A DNA stretch of 64,000 bases from Octopus sinensis (GCF_006345805.1 NC_042999.1:79236001-79300000); one strand, 5' to 3'; counted from the stretch's first letter, positions 1 through 15,180 are shown. The notes: generated by a model not told the origin, from the sequence alone. A program made the numbers and translations.

Positions 1-96
1 GCAACAATAATTCTTTTAATTAATATAGCATATAAACACACACACACACATATATATATATGCACACACACACCACATATATATATATACATATAA

Positions 97-148
<52 letters not shown>

Positions 149-710
149 GCACACACACACACACACACACACGACACATACGTACACATATGAAGAGAGA
201 GACAGAGAAAGAAAGGAAGTGAGAAAGGAAAAAGAAAGAAAGAAAGAACGAAAAGAAGGAAATATATAAATATATAAAGAAAGACTGAAAGACTGAATGA
301 ATGAAAGAAAGAAAGAAAGAAAGAAATAAAAAAGAAAGAAAGAAAGAAAAAAAGAAAGAAAGAAAGAAAGAAATGCTGGTCATGGATCTTCAGTGCCGAG
401 AGAGTTGAGCAGTGGAGGAAAATATGCGATTAGAAAACGATTAGGTGTCTGACACCGCACATGCAGAGATATATATATATAGATATATTTGTTCTTTTAT
501 GCATTTCAGCCTAAATGCTATGTCCATACAAGGGTATGTGTATGTGTCTCTATGTATGAACATCTATATATGTACATTTATGTATGCACACACTCGCGCG
601 TGCATACATATGTTCGTCCATTGTTGAATATTTTATGTTAATAAGTTATATTTAAAATAACCATAACAGATGAAGTTAAACTCTATTTCTTTACCACTCT
701 TGCCGGTTCT

Positions 711-770
<60 letters not shown>

Positions 771-989
771 TTTCTTATTCATTGTCTTAGAGTTTCAGAG
801 AAAATGCTCTGCGGAATTTGTTGCAGTTCTTTATAATCTGAGTTCAAAGCCCTCCAAGATCATCCTTGCCTTTCACTCATACGGGATAGATAAAGGATCA
901 AATACCAGTTAAATACGGTCACATTGTGCAACTAATCCTTTTCCTTAAAATCTATTGATGTACTTTATTCAGAATCCATTTATATTCTT

Positions 990-1330
990 TTTTACTCCTT
1001 TACTTGTTTCAGTCATTAGACTGCGGCCACAAAAGATTTTAGCCGAATGAATCGACTCTAGAGTTGTTTTGTTTTTTAAAAATGTTTCTATCGGTTTCTT
1101 TTGGCGAAATTCTAAGTTACGGGGGCGTAAACACACCAACGCCAGTTGTCAAGTTGTGTGTGTGTGGTGGGATAGAAACAGACAGACACACACACATATA
1201 CAACGGGTTTCTTTCAGTCTCCGTCTACCAAATCCACTCAGAAGGCTTTGTTCGGCCCGAGGATATAGTAGAGATCTCTTGCCCAAGGTGCCATGAAATG
1301 GGACTGAACCCGGAACCATGTTGTTGGGAA
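990..1330 (-). mobile_element. SINE family B (tRNA-derived head, CORE-like segment), diverged copy
   Basis: Matches the other B copies: tttacttgtttcagtcatt tail, ccaaatccactca, cccaaggtgcca, ggactgaacccggaaccatg. Confidence 0.85.
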
Positions 1331-2004
1331 ATGTGTATATAATATGAAATATATATTTTCTTCTGTGTTTGAGGGACAGTTCAGCATAATATTTAATGAA
1401 GTATATAAAATATTTAAAGCATTTCACATTATCGTATTACAATTATAAACAACAGAATTTCCATTTTATTGGATGATAATATTTTACATACCAAAACGAA
1501 ATTTCCTCCATGTCTCGGAGAGAAAACACTGAGCATTGTGAGAAAAATAATTTATGGAACAGAAGATAACCATCGATAAATGAAAAATGGTGGTGTAAAA
1601 AGAAAAAAAAAAACGAAAGGTGTCTTAATGATTCATAAATGACGCACTCATGAGCACATGTATATATACATATATTCTTTTTGAGCCTATGTATGTGTGT
1701 GTATATGTATCCATGTGTGTATAGATACATGTATATAGATACATGTATATATATATATATGTGTGTGTGTGTGTCTATAGACATATGTACGTACTTAAGT
1801 ATATATTTACTTAAATATGTGTATGTACATATGCCACAGTATTTATATATCTCTACTCACACAAACACTCTTCTTCAGTTTCCCTTCTTTTCTGGTTTGT
1901 ATTTTGTCTTAGCTTCTTTCTTTCTTTCTTTCTTGCATATCCCCATCCCTTTCGCAATACAGAAAATAATACGTACGTGCACACATGCACACACATACCC
2001 TCAC

Positions 2005-2041
<37 letters not shown>

Positions 2042-2526
2042 TGCAGAAAGCCACAATCCGTCTCCTTCCAATCCCCAACACGTTGATCTTTTAAATTGCT
2101 CTTCAAGCAGATTGCTGTCAGACTATTAGAATCTCTTTAGAATTACTTTTACTTTACTTGATCGTGGTTTCACACGCACACAGACACACTTAGACACACA
2201 CACACAAAAAAGTACACACAAAAACACACACACTCATGTATTTTAATATTGCCCCCTCACAAACACATACATGTATCTATCATCTCTATGCATATATGCG
2301 TGTAGAGAATTATATATAAAATACATACCATGCACTCTTCGTCTACTTCCTCTCCTATAACACTACTTCCTACTCCTCCTTCTGCTCTGTATTATCTCTC
2401 CCTTATCCCTTTAGTTACACCTGCAGTTGACTTGCCTGTATTTGTCTTAACATTATTTATGTTTCCATTGAATAATTCCTTCTGCTAACAGCTTTCTTTT
2501 TATGGCATCCCTGCATACAATACACG

Positions 2527-2587
<61 letters not shown>

Positions 2588-2867
2588 GCACACCACATGC
2601 ACGCGCATACACACATGCATGCATACATTCATTTGTATGTGTGTGTGGATTCGGTGTTTACAGCTGATGAAGTAAGCACGCATGCGTCCTACGGTCTAAT
2701 GACGTCATTCGTAGCCAAGTGATGTATTTTCCCAAATATTGATATAAAAAGAATAATACATTTTCCCCCTGTCAGGTATTTCCAGGTCCGAGTGTACACG
2801 AACGTGTTGTATATACACGTCTATACTTCAGTTAACGCAGAAATATATGAACACATATGGACGCAGA

Positions 2868-3012
2868 CGTCGTTGTGTTTTAAGAAGCTTACTTCCCAAC
2901 CACATGGTTTCGGGTTCAGTTCCACTGCATGGCACCTTGGGCAAGTATCTTCTAATATAGCCTCGGGCCAACCAAAGCCTTGTGAGTGGATTTGGTAGAC
3001 GGACAACTGGAA
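2868..3012 (+). mobile_element. SINE B 5' half
   Basis: aaccacatggtttcgggttcag...ggcaccttgggcaagtatcttc...gtggatttggtagacgga. Confidence 0.85.
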
Positions 3013-3216
3013 GAACCTTATTTTAAAAATCAATAAAATACAATAAATAAGGTTTTTATAGTATATGTCTTCTATATGCTGTGAATAACATCTTTCTTTA
3101 TTGAATTGTTTAATAGAGGTTTTTCTCTAAATTATATACATACATTATATATTGTGAAATTTGATTTAAAATTGTTAAATTGAATTTTTCCCTGTAAGTT
3201 TTGGAATTATATTCCC

Positions 3217-3217
<1 letters not shown>

Positions 3218-3272
<55 letters not shown>

Positions 3273-3286
3273 TATTATTATTATTA
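3218..3286. repeat. (ATT)n microsatellite
   Basis: Direct inspection. Confidence 0.95.
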
Positions 3287-3759
3287 TCTTTATTATATAT
3301 ATATGCATACATACATACGTACATACATGCATACATATACATACACATGCATATATATATATATATAATGGAGTATATATAATATGCATGTCTATGGTAG
3401 TATGGGAAGGCGTGGATGTGTGTGTGAGAGAATGTATGGGTGTTATGATAAAACTTAGACTTCAATTCTAGCGCCTCCAAATCCCTCTTATTATGACCTT
3501 TACCGCCACAACCACAACCACCGTCATCTTCATCAAAGCCATTCTCACTGCCACCATTATTACCATCGCCACCACCATCTTGAATATCAACAGCAAAGCC
3601 AACATCATAATTAACATAACAGTCTTGAACTACCAGCATTATCTGCAGCGGTTGCACTAACAAAAACAAAGAACTATGAACCAACGAAGCCGACCTCTAA
3701 GTGATCGTTGGAGTTACAAAATGTAGCAGAAAAATTTTTGAACATTTTAAATAACATGG

Positions 3760-4260
3760 CTCTAGGTTCCTTGCATATGACTGATCTCGATTACTGGGAC
3801 CGCCTTAAAGCCCTGAAACTCTACTCTCTCCAGCGCCGCCGCGAGCGGCACGTCAGCATTGCCCAAGCGACCTCAACATTAGCTTCAAGGTTTATCCAAA
3901 ACTGGGACCATGGGCCATACGTCCCCTGCCCAATTCAGGATCACAACATATAGGTACACTACGACACAATTTCTTTTTCTCAGCAGGCCCTGCACTGTTT
4001 AACATTGTCCCAGAACTGATCATAGAGGAAAAGGATCCCATCACCTTTAAACGGAATCTGAACAAATTTCTTCAAGGAGTACCAGGTAAACCACCTATAC
4101 TTGGATACAACTCACTCAATAAGAACTCCCTACTTGAGTGGACCATGATACCACAAAACTTGACATTAAAAGGATTTAGATAATCCTATCAGGTGGTGCT
4201 ATTAAGTTAGACATGGCCTGGACCAATCTTTCGTCGAAACATATCTAAGTTTATCTATAG
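3760..4260 (+). mobile_element. CR1/L2-group LINE, 3' end of ORF2 plus 3'UTR, pseudogenised
   Basis: Translates to DLDYWDRLKALKLYSLQRRRER, then after a frameshift GPALFNIVP...FKRNLNKFLQGVPGKP..GYNSLNKNSLLEW. These are typical C-terminal ORF2 motifs of CR1-like LINEs. It ends in atctaagtttatcta. Confidence 0.8.
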
Positions 4261-5630
4261 TTTCAATTTATGAAAAAGTGGGACGCTCATGCTTGGAATA
4301 TCTTTGATCATAGTTCTGTTTGATCCCGGTTGAACAGTAATAACGAGAAAGATATATTCAATAACATAATAATAGGTTTTACCTTAAAACGATGGGATAG
4401 TCGCGGCTGGCTTGCAGATTGTTGTGGTGGTGTTAGAAATGAAAGTCATTACTTTTATCACGAAGCACACACACGCGTGCATATCGATGATTGATGTGTT
4501 CGATCGGAGCTGACTCGGGGCTAAACAACAGTAGCAGCAGCACCACCACCACCACCAACATCACAACCAACAGCAACAACAGCAACAACAACAACACATC
4601 CATAATCATATTATCACAAGCCATTAACACCACCACCAGTAACGCATCTATGATCAACACCGCCACAGCTGCGGCTATTATAACTTTATCCATCGTACGA
4701 AGAAGAGACGATAGATAGTGGTGATGGTGGTGGTGGTGGTGGTGGTGGAGGAAACAATGATTAAAGGAGGTGGAAAATAAATTAAACGGAGTGGAGAGTA
4801 AAGCTGGGGTTGTAGAGGAGAGCATCATAAATGAATGGAGATCTCATTTGATAGAGATTTAGTGGAGTGTTAACACTGGTGGAAACTAGCGAAGGTTGAA
4901 GAGGAGAGAAGCAAAGAAACGATGAAGGCTCATAATCAGATCTGTGCGCTGCCTGCTGGTCGAATAGCTGACGGGCTGGATGAATAGCTGCCTGGCTGGC
5001 TGAGGAGCTCGCCAGGTGGTTGGTTGTCGTCTAGCTGGTTGAATTATAATGTCTGTTCTCATAGATATTGCCTATAGACGACGGTAATAACTCCCAAATC
5101 ATCAATTCCCTCATTCGTTTATCAGTCTAAGTCAGTCAGACATTTTCTTCTTTACATCTCTTATAGTTTATCTCTTCTTCTCTTCCTTCACCACCTTTTC
5201 CTCTACCCTTTCAGTCAGCCAGCCAGCCAACCAACCAACCAACCAACCAACCAACCAATCGGCCAGCCAACTAGTCAGTCACTCAGGCAGTCATCAGCCA
5301 TGCTGCTGTCCGCCGGGGCCCAGTACAAGGAATAAGTTCACACCTTCTTACTGTTTGTGCAGCTGTGTCCCTCCTCATGACAAACTAGCCGGTCTGTTCC
5401 GTTCTCATTTGCTTTGTCTTCCTCTCTCTCTCTCTGTCTCTGTTTCTCTTTCCCTCTCTCTCTTTCCCTCCCCCTCTTTCTCTTTCCCTCCCCATCTCTC
5501 TTTCCCTTCCCCCTCTCTTTCCTTCATTCACACACACTCAAACAATTCCTAACTGCATTCTACTTTCACTTTCTGCCGCGATGCCACCACCTCAGCCTTG
5601 TCATTGTCATTATTATTAAAACCACCATCT

Positions 5631-5848
5631 AAGGCGGCGAGCTGGCAGAATCGTTAGCACGTTGGTCGAAATGCTTAGCGGTATTTTGCCCGTCGCTACG
5701 TTCTGAGTTCAACTTCCACCGAGGTCGACCTTACCTTTCATCCTTTCGGGGTCGATAGATTAAGTATCAGGGAAACACTGGGGTCGATGTAATCGACTCA
5801 TCCTCTCCCCACAAATTTCAGGCCTTGTGCCTATAGCAGAAAGGATTA
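5631..5848 (+). mobile_element. SINE family A monomer (tRNA-like head plus central domain cctttcatcctttcggggtcgataaa.taagtaccag)
   Basis: Full head aaggcggcgagctggcagaatcgttagc through tail ccttgtgcctatagcagaaaggatta. TSD-like atta(t/c)taaaaccac at 5612-5625 and 5845-5858. Confidence 0.9.
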
Positions 5849-5859
5849 CTAAAACCACT

Positions 5860-5980
5860 AAGGCGGTGAGCTGGTAGAATAATTACCGTGCCGGACAAAA
5901 TGTTTAGCGGCATTTCGTTCGTCTACACGCTCTGAGTTCATATTCAGCCGAGGTCAGCTTTGCCTTTCATCCTTCCGGGA
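5860..5980 (+). mobile_element. SINE A 5' part, immediately after the previous copy
   Basis: aaggcggtgagctggtagaat...gcctttcatccttccgg. Confidence 0.85.
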
Positions 5981-6189
5981 TGGGTGGTGGTGGTAGTAGT
6001 ATAGGTGGTTTTGTTGTCTAGCCCTGATTTAGATGACCCATGATCGAGCAGTGCAAGGAACCCATTACCCAGTGTGACCGTTTCTAAGATGTGATCTGAT
6101 GGATATTTGTCCGCTGCTTCTAGTAGGACGAGGGACCTTGTACAGACTGTTTTGTTGGCTCGTGATGGTCAGTTGTAAATGAGATGTTA

Positions 6190-6641
6190 GTAGAGATAAA
6201 GGTGATATTATTAATCCTATCAATGATTGTAGCGATTTTGTTGAAGACGACAGCAAAGACAATGACATTGAATAACATAACGAGGATTGCTATGAAGACA
6301 TTGATGATGATGTTGATTATGATGATGATGGTGATGATGATGATGATGACGACGAGTTTCATCCTCAAGATGGAACAGCAGTTTCAACGAGCAGCCATAT
6401 TCTGAGCAGTACACAAAATGGCTCCCCTGTCAAACTTTCCGAAGACGCAGTCCTTGTGGTATCAAATCTCAAGTCAACACCTATCAAAGCCATTCTAACA
6501 TTTCAACTCGAATTGTAATATTGAACTTTCTGTTAGAAGTGACAATCAGGACGACGACAACAACGATGACGCCAATAATTGTTTCGGTGGGGACCATGAC
6601 GACAGTAGAAATAACAGTAATTGATGAGGATGATGATGATA

Positions 6642-6684
<43 letters not shown>

Positions 6685-7035
6685 CGATGATGATGATAAT
6701 AATGATGATGATGATGTTGATGACGATTATGATGACGACTACGACTATGATGATTATGATGACGATGATGACAATGACGATGATGATGACGTTGGTGATG
6801 ATGATGAAGATGATGATGATGATGATGATGACGATTATGATGATGATGATGAAGATGATGGTGATGATCATGATCATGATCATGATTATGATGATGTGAT
6901 GATAATGACGATGAGGATGATGAGATGATGTGATGATGATGATGATGATGATGATGACGATGGCGATACTGGCGATAACAATGGACGACGACGACGATGC
7001 TGCTACTGCTGCTGCTGATGATGATGATAATCATG
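6190..7035. repeat. (GAT/GAC)n trinucleotide mosaic
   Basis: Long near-pure GAT run at about 6625-6960. It produces the poly-D, poly-M and poly-H ORFs in the track. Confidence 0.9.
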
Positions 7036-7484
7036 AATGAACGGATAAATGAACAACAGAGCGAAACATCACGCACATTAGCCGTCTTTTCTGGTGGTAA
7101 CATGTGAAGAATGGAAAAACGGAAAGACAGGAATGGAAAAAAAGGACGGAAGAAAAGAGGACGCATCACTAAAAGGACAAATAAATAAACAAATAAATAA
7201 ATAAATAAATATAAATGGTGACATCGTAAAAAACAAAAAGAGTTTAAAAGAAACACAAAAATGAAGGCAACCACACTTTTGGGGTGGAAACTTTGGTGTT
7301 GAGGGAGTAAAAAAAACAAAAGAACAAACAACAAAAAAAAACACAAAGCAAGAGGACTAAAAGATTTAATCTAAGTATTTATTTTGTTGTTTTGTTGTTT
7401 GTGTTTTCTTATTTCATCAAAAGTCAAGTTGAAAACAGATGTGAGTTTAGTTATCATTCAACAGCTAAAACACCCACAGCTCAA

Positions 7485-7551
<67 letters not shown>

Positions 7552-7852
7552 ATCATTATCGTCCTGTATTAAGGTTATCGTTGTTATTGTTATTCTTATT
7601 GTTGTTGGTGGTGTTGGTGTTGTTATTTTAATTAGCATTGCTATTGTTGCATCTGGTAATGTTGTTCTGGTTTTAGTTGTTGTTATTGTTGTTGTTGTTG
7701 TTGTTGTTGTCATTGTTATTATCATTATCTTATCATCTGAAATAAAAGTTTTCCCAGCATTTATTTTAGCTGGTGATGATTTATACTTAATGGGTCTCGC
7801 CTTATCAATTTAGAACGCGTTTGTGAGTTTTTGCGGGAATAGTGTACCTCGA

Positions 7853-8340
<488 letters not shown>

Positions 8341-8875
8341 CATTGGTACAGGCACAATAGCACAAATTGATGTCTGTGTAACGATAGTGTGAATGTTACT
8401 TAACCCTCCAGAGATTTCTACAGACTGAGGGCCACAAAGCATCTGACATTCATACACTTATTGTATAAATAAGAATACAACATCAATAACAATTTGACGA
8501 TGACGACGAAGCCAGCGACCGCAACGCCGATGACGCTGATGCTGTTGATGAAAAGGGGAAAGAAAAGCAACAAGAACAACAGACAGGACCAGGGAAGGGA
8601 GCCTCTTGATCAAAGAAGGTGAAAAGAGCTGATGATGATGATGATGAACAACAGCAACAAACTCAAAAGCAGCAGCAGCAACAACAACAGCAATGCTAGC
8701 AAGAAAAAAGCATCAACAATCCTCTTGACGAAAGACAGAAATTAAGAAAGCTTTTTGGTAGGGCGATACAATATCATCAAACCATCCTATGGAGCCATTA
8801 ATATACTCAGCTTCCTATCTTTGCATATCTTGATGGGATTACGTATGGGAGGGGATTCCCTCTATCACACATACC

Positions 8876-8907
<32 letters not shown>

Positions 8908-8988
8908 ATGCCAATGTGTTTATGCATGTGTGTATATGTATGTATATATATATATATATATTAAGAGAGGGAAAAAGAAAGATGTGTA

Positions 8989-9028
<40 letters not shown>

Positions 9029-9399
9029 TGTGTGATGAGAGAAAAGTATATGGGCTTGAACTTGGTATTCCATCATTGGTGTGCTCTTTATATCACATTC
9101 TAGCCCTTCTCAGACCGCATATAACCTTTTGGGATAACACAGCCACAGGGAGTTTTATGTGATTAACAATAAGAACCGAAACATGAACGATAAAATTGTT
9201 GCGCACTGAACGCATCTACTCGCATTGTATGTATGTGTGTGTGTGTTCATATATTCTCAAATTAGTGACTTCTCTTTTGTAAGCCACTCAGTGCAAATCT
9301 GAATTGAATTATCTAAATCTGTCATTGTCTCACTTGAGTAATTTCCTTAGCTCACTCTTCATAGTTATGCTTCTAAAATATCTTCATTCGTTGATCGAG

Positions 9400-9519
9400 C
9401 AGGTTTGGTTGGTCTGAGGCTATAGCAGAAGACACATGCCAAGTTACCACACAGTGAGACTGAACCCAGGACCGTGTGTTTTTGAATCAAGTTTCTTACC
9501 ACGCAGCCACACCTGCACC

Positions 9520-9520
<1 letters not shown>
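9400..9520 (-). mobile_element. SINE B head fragment
   Basis: gaggctatagcagaagacac...cttaccacgcagccacacctgcacc. Confidence 0.8.
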
Positions 9521-9555
<35 letters not shown>

Positions 9556-9698
9556 AGTGTGTGTGTGTGTGTGTGTGTATGTGCGTGTGTGTGTGAGAGA
9601 GAGAGAAAGAGAGAGTGTGTGTGTGTGTATGTATATATGTATGGATATATGTATGCATATATATATATATACACACACACATCCATATATATTTATAC

Positions 9699-9699
<1 letters not shown>

Positions 9700-9769
<70 letters not shown>

Positions 9770-9841
9770 ATCTATCTATCTATCTATATATATATATATA
9801 TTATATATATATATATATAATATATATATATATATATTATA

Positions 9842-9872
<31 letters not shown>

Positions 9873-9890
9873 CATAATATATACATATAT
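9700..9890. repeat. (TATC)n followed by (TA)n
   Basis: Direct inspection. Confidence 0.95.
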
Positions 9891-9943
9891 ATGTGTGTCT
9901 GTGTAATTTTAATAGTTTCAGTATTAATAGTGAAACTATGAAA

Positions 9944-10175
9944 GTGAAAGTATCTGACATTAAAATAGAGAGATCTTGCTTCACATGACACGTAATACTA
10001 AAATAGTGAAAGAGACAAGAGATTGCTCTGGGCTCGCATTAGGCAAGAAGTTGAAATGTTTTTGGCCTTTGGCACTACATGGACCCTAAGTAAGGCATGT
10101 GTAAAATTTGAATGAAATCGGTTGTGTAGTTCTCGAATTTTAGGGACACACATTCTCATCTATCTATATATATAT
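9944..10175 (+). mobile_element. Possible Helentron-associated (HINE/DINE-1-like) non-autonomous element fragment
   Basis: aaatttgaatgaaatcggttgtgtagttctcga...acacacattctcatctatctatatata resembles the aaatcggtt subterminal motif and terminus of HINE-type elements (recalled similarity only). Confidence 0.4.
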
Positions 10176-12114
10176 ATTGTTGATGTCATAAAATGGATAG
10201 AGAAATTCGAAAGATTGTTTTGGTCCAATGGTTGTACATTTATCATGTTTACAAGATATGTGGGTTCGTGTCCCACTAACAGCCTTTGACTTTTTCTATC
10301 CAAGGATATTTCTGCCCAGCTGGAGTCTCAGATGTAACTATACTAGCAAAGGCATGTCATCATAAACAGTGCTTCTCCTAGGTGACTATGAGCGAGTCTC
10401 CGTACGGTTGCTGGACATACACGATATGAAAACTAATTATCCTTCAAAACCGCATGCAAATATTGTAAACATGGAACAAGATATGGGATAATAAATTCCT
10501 ATATGCATTATGTCGGAGAAAAGCGTTGTTTTGTCATGGTTGGACTGTCTTGCATCACTGATCTTATATCAGAAGTTATCTAGAGCAAAACAAAAAATGG
10601 CATAGTTTTAAATATGCTGAGTAGTGTAATAGGCATCCGTACAGCCATCGTAAATATCAATACCATTATCATGATGACTAGTACTTAACAGCAACTTCAG
10701 CAATTAGTACTAATATTTAAACACGGTCGCTGTGGTCATAACACCTACGTTAGCTCCATGGATAACAGCGTGTCAGTTATAAACATTGCTGTCATAAGCA
10801 ATGTTGCCAGCAACAACAGCAGAGCTAATGAAGTTGTCACTACTCGGTCTGCTCGAGCCTGTTAGAGACAGTAGACAAATTTTCCTTAGCAGCGACAATA
10901 CGTTGGATAATGTGAATCGTGGGTTTCTGGCCGATAGGAAAATGGCGGGATACCATTAATCGTAGATCTACTCAATCTGGGCTCATCCGGGGTGAAACAC
11001 AACTAATAATAGCATGAACGTTATATTGTCATAACAATAAGATTATCTTCATAATCAGGCATAGACAGCAATTACATCGTCGCAAATGACAATAATGTTA
11101 TCAGGAGTGAAAGTAGGACAACATCAGAAATATTGTCATAAGAACTATCAGAACAACATGACTGTAACTATGGTTACTGTCTATGAAATCAACATAAACA
11201 ACAATTTCATATTTATGTTCTCGGCGTTGATAACAGTATACAATCATCATAAAAGACGGTTGCCATCTTCCTAATCACCACTCACACATTATAATTCGGA
11301 TCTTTACGTCCTGAGTTCAAATCCTGCCGGGGCTAACTTTTATTTTCATTTTTTCTATGTCTTTACCAGTGAAGTTTTAGTTCGATTATATCGATTGTCT
11401 TCTCTCCTCAAAACCATTGAACTTATGTCTAAATTAAACTATTATTTGCACAGTATCCTTGAAGATCAAAATCTTAACTACGAACCAAAAAAGAAGTGTT
11501 TATGTCCTACTGTCATAAGAAATGAAACGCTGGATAATTTTGTCCCCTATTCCCAGCGAATTTGGCAGAAAAATGTACTGGAGTTTCTTTGATCGTATTG
11601 GGATTGGCCTGGGGGTAACCGACCACAATAACATGTTAACAGTTATCATTTCAAAATACATCAGCATAATAGAAAACCTCAACATTGTGTTTGTAAGTAA
11701 ATTAACGAAACGGTATTAACATCATAAATATCGTTGATACCATAATAATGACCGCAATCATGAACTTTTACTATAACCAGCACAGGGATTACCACTTCCA
11801 TCAGCATCATAATACTCTTCGTAGCTACCTACATATTGTTCAAGCAATTAGTATCATCAATTTCATTTCAAATATCGCATGCTATTGTCATAAATCCCAA
11901 CATTTCTGCGAAGGCCATGAACGCAACCTCTTCTCCCAAACCAAAACAGCAAACGGTATGAAAATATTTTGATCATAACCACAATGCTATTATAAACATA
12001 AATGCACTACTCTCGTCATAAGCATTAGCTTTAATAACGAAACTGTTAAACTAATGCTATAATTTCAATAATTGAGTTGGAAACAACGTTTTTTTCGCTG
12101 TCTTAAATATCCAT

Positions 12115-12275
12115 TCTAATATAGGTACAAGATCTGAAATTTGGTGGGGAAAGGGTCAGTCAATTACAGCAACCCCAGTACTCAACTGGTACTTATTTTA
12201 TCGACCCGAAAGGATGAAAAGCAAAGTCGACCTCGGCGGAATTTGAATTCAGAACGTAAAGACAGACGAAAAGCA
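12115..12275 (-). mobile_element. SINE A, head truncated
   Basis: actggtacttattttatcgacccgaaaggatgaaaagcaaagtcgacctcggcggaatttgaattcagaacg. Confidence 0.9.
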
Positions 12276-12989
12276 TCTCTCTCGGCTTCGTCGCCCAGAT
12301 CACCGCTTTTCACTGTTAAATATGAATGTCAACATCATAACATCATAACCTCAAAAGAATATCCAAAATAACCCATTCGGCTCTGACGTCATCTTGGCTT
12401 TCCAATGATACCAAATTTCACTGGTCACATAATCTCGTGTACATAAACGTAACAAAAAGTCGCATGATGTTATTTTGCGGTTGTATTCAACCAAGCAAAC
12501 CACTTCATTTTGGCGGGGATCACTTTTGCAAGCTGATCATGTTGAGCCATATGTATCTCATATAAACAACATGATTTTCCGTGGATAATCAGGGTTTGCC
12601 GTAGGAACGCCCGACTTCTTGCCTTGAAGCACGTTTCTTCACACACTTTCTCACCATTTATCATTCTCTCTAACCCTCTCACATACAAATATGAAGAAAA
12701 CACTTTTACTCACAAAACACCTACCGGCTTCAAACCGTAAAAGACATTCTCTCACATATATATATATACTTTCTGACAGTCACTGTATGAAAACAGCAAT
12801 ATTTCGTCATTTCAAATGAATAGAATGATTCCACGCAATGTGAAGATTTTAGTTCTTACAAACTAATAAATATATTTTCTCTTTACGTTCTCTCTCTGTT
12901 CTATTACACGCACGCACACATGCAAGCGCAAACACACATACATACAAACTCACACACACACACTCACACACGCACACACACATATATAT

Positions 12990-13152
12990 GATGGTTTCTT
13001 TCAGTTTCCATCGACCAAAACCACTCACAAGGCCTTGGTAGGCCTAAGGATATAGTAGAGGACACTTGCCCAAGGTGCCATACAGTATGATTGAACCCGG
13101 AAACCATATGGTTAGGAAGCCAACTTCTTACCACACAGCCGCGCCTGCGCCT
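12990..13152 (-). mobile_element. SINE B 5' half
   Basis: ttctttcagtttcc...cccaaggtgcca...cttaccacacagccgcgcctgcgcc. Confidence 0.9.
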
Positions 13153-13563
13153 ATGCTTAGGCCTTAAATATATATGCATACGTGTACGTATGTATATATG
13201 CATGTATGTATGTATATGTATGTGTGCATATATATATGTATGTGTGTGTATGTCTGTGTGTGTATCTGGGTGTGTGTATACGTGTGTGTGTGTGTACGTA
13301 CATTAGCAATTTTGTTTTCAGAAAAGACGCACCGATATTGTTTAATTCCGTGAAAAAGAACCTTAGTACGAAACATCCGAAACTTCTCTCACAAGAACAC
13401 GAAATTTACTTACACTCACTCACCCCTCAAACACACACAATAACACACACACACACACACACACGTATTCAAACATACACACACGTATTCACACGCGTAA
13501 GCGCATCTATATGTTATTCATATGTATATATGGTATAAATATGTATGCGCTGTATATGTATAC

Positions 13564-13595
<32 letters not shown>

Positions 13596-13597
13596 TA

Positions 13598-13680
<83 letters not shown>

Positions 13681-13771
13681 TACATGTACTTATTTTTAAT
13701 ATACATAAAATAGATGTTCGCATATATGTACGTGTGTGAATATTTATATGTATACACGCGTGTGTCTATGT

Positions 13772-13842
<71 letters not shown>

Positions 13843-14094
13843 GTGTGCGTGATTGTGTATAGGCGCGTTTCGCCGTTTGTGTCTCTGTTTATATATATGT
13901 ACGTCTGTTTCTTTGTCTAGGTATCAGTTTGCACGTTGACTATGTCAGTATGCGAATATAAAGAGTACATAACCCATGCGTGTTTAGCCAATAATAGACG
14001 TCAATTCTTTTATATAAAACATGATGGATGCCTTTCTCTTTGGAAACAGATTTCTGCCAAATCTGAACTTCAACACCAACATTTCTCCCCTCCA

Positions 14095-14501
14095 CCGCCA
14101 CCCTTCCGCACCACCACCACTACCACCACCGCCACCACCACCACTACAACAATAACAACCGAAACAACAGTAACATTTCACAACTACATCATCTTGTAAT
14201 CACGATCAGCAGCGGCAGCAGCAGCAGCAGCACCACCACCACCACCACCACCACTACCACCACCATTACAACAACAACAGCAACAATAACGGTAAGCCCA
14301 CAACTATGACGATCAAAACTACCACTTGCTGTATGTAGCACAGCATCAACTATCACCACCACCACCACCACCACCACCACCACCACCACCACTACCACCT
14401 CCACTGCTAACATCAGCATCATCACGGTTGCAGCCAGCAAAACACTACCATACTAACACCAACACTACTATTTCTACCACTACTATCATTACTATCACCA
14501 A

Positions 14502-14563
<62 letters not shown>

Positions 14564-14941
14564 GAACTACCACTTCTACTTCTACTACTACTGCTGCTGC
14601 CACTACTACTATACTTCAAAAGCTACTACTATACTACCACCACTACCACCAACACTACTAAGTTTACAAACACCATTACAACAACCAACACCATTTCTAC
14701 GACCTCCTTCAATACCACCATCATCACCGACAACTCCTCCACACCACTACCTATACCATCAGCGTTATCACCTCCTCTACTCGTGCCATCCCCCACCAAC
14801 ACAGCGGCACCATAGTTTACTGCCTCCACTACAGCATCTTCTATTACAAACATTTCTATACCACCACGACCACCACCACTACCACGATGACCACCACGAC
14901 CACTACCACGACGACCACCACCACCGTTACCACTACCGTCA

Positions 14942-14991
<50 letters not shown>

Positions 14992-14992
14992 T

Positions 14993-15023
<31 letters not shown>

Positions 15024-15180
15024 GCTACAACCAACACCATTCTGCAACTACTTCCACTACCATAAATACTTTCACCATTACATTTGCCACTGCCACCGCA
15101 TCAGCCGCCGCTGTCGCCACTCTCACCACCAAACCTGTCCCTTCTGCCCCCAACAATCCCACCATCACCACCAGAAACCT
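14095..15180. repeat. Degenerate (ACC/ACT/ACA)n trinucleotide mosaic
   Basis: Pure (ACT)n runs at about 14500-14562 and 14942-15025 within decayed C/A-rich triplets. Confidence 0.9.

Noticed and set aside
6521-6928. Poly-Asp ORF resembling an acidic biomineralisation protein
   Set aside because: It is a (GAT/GAC)n array with a non-ATG start and no signal peptide, and overlapping frames are open too
7771-7829. AG...GTGAGT-bounded 53-nt candidate exon
   Set aside because: It has stops in all three frames; at most a UTR exon, and there is no support
13988-14019. CCAAT, GACGTCA and TATATAAAA in order
   Set aside because: The spacing is too tight for a canonical promoter, and the motifs are common in AT-rich DNA
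14326-15180. Mucin-like Thr/Pro-rich frames
   Set aside because: Frameshifts and stops interrupt them, and the composition is explained by ACC/ACT repeats
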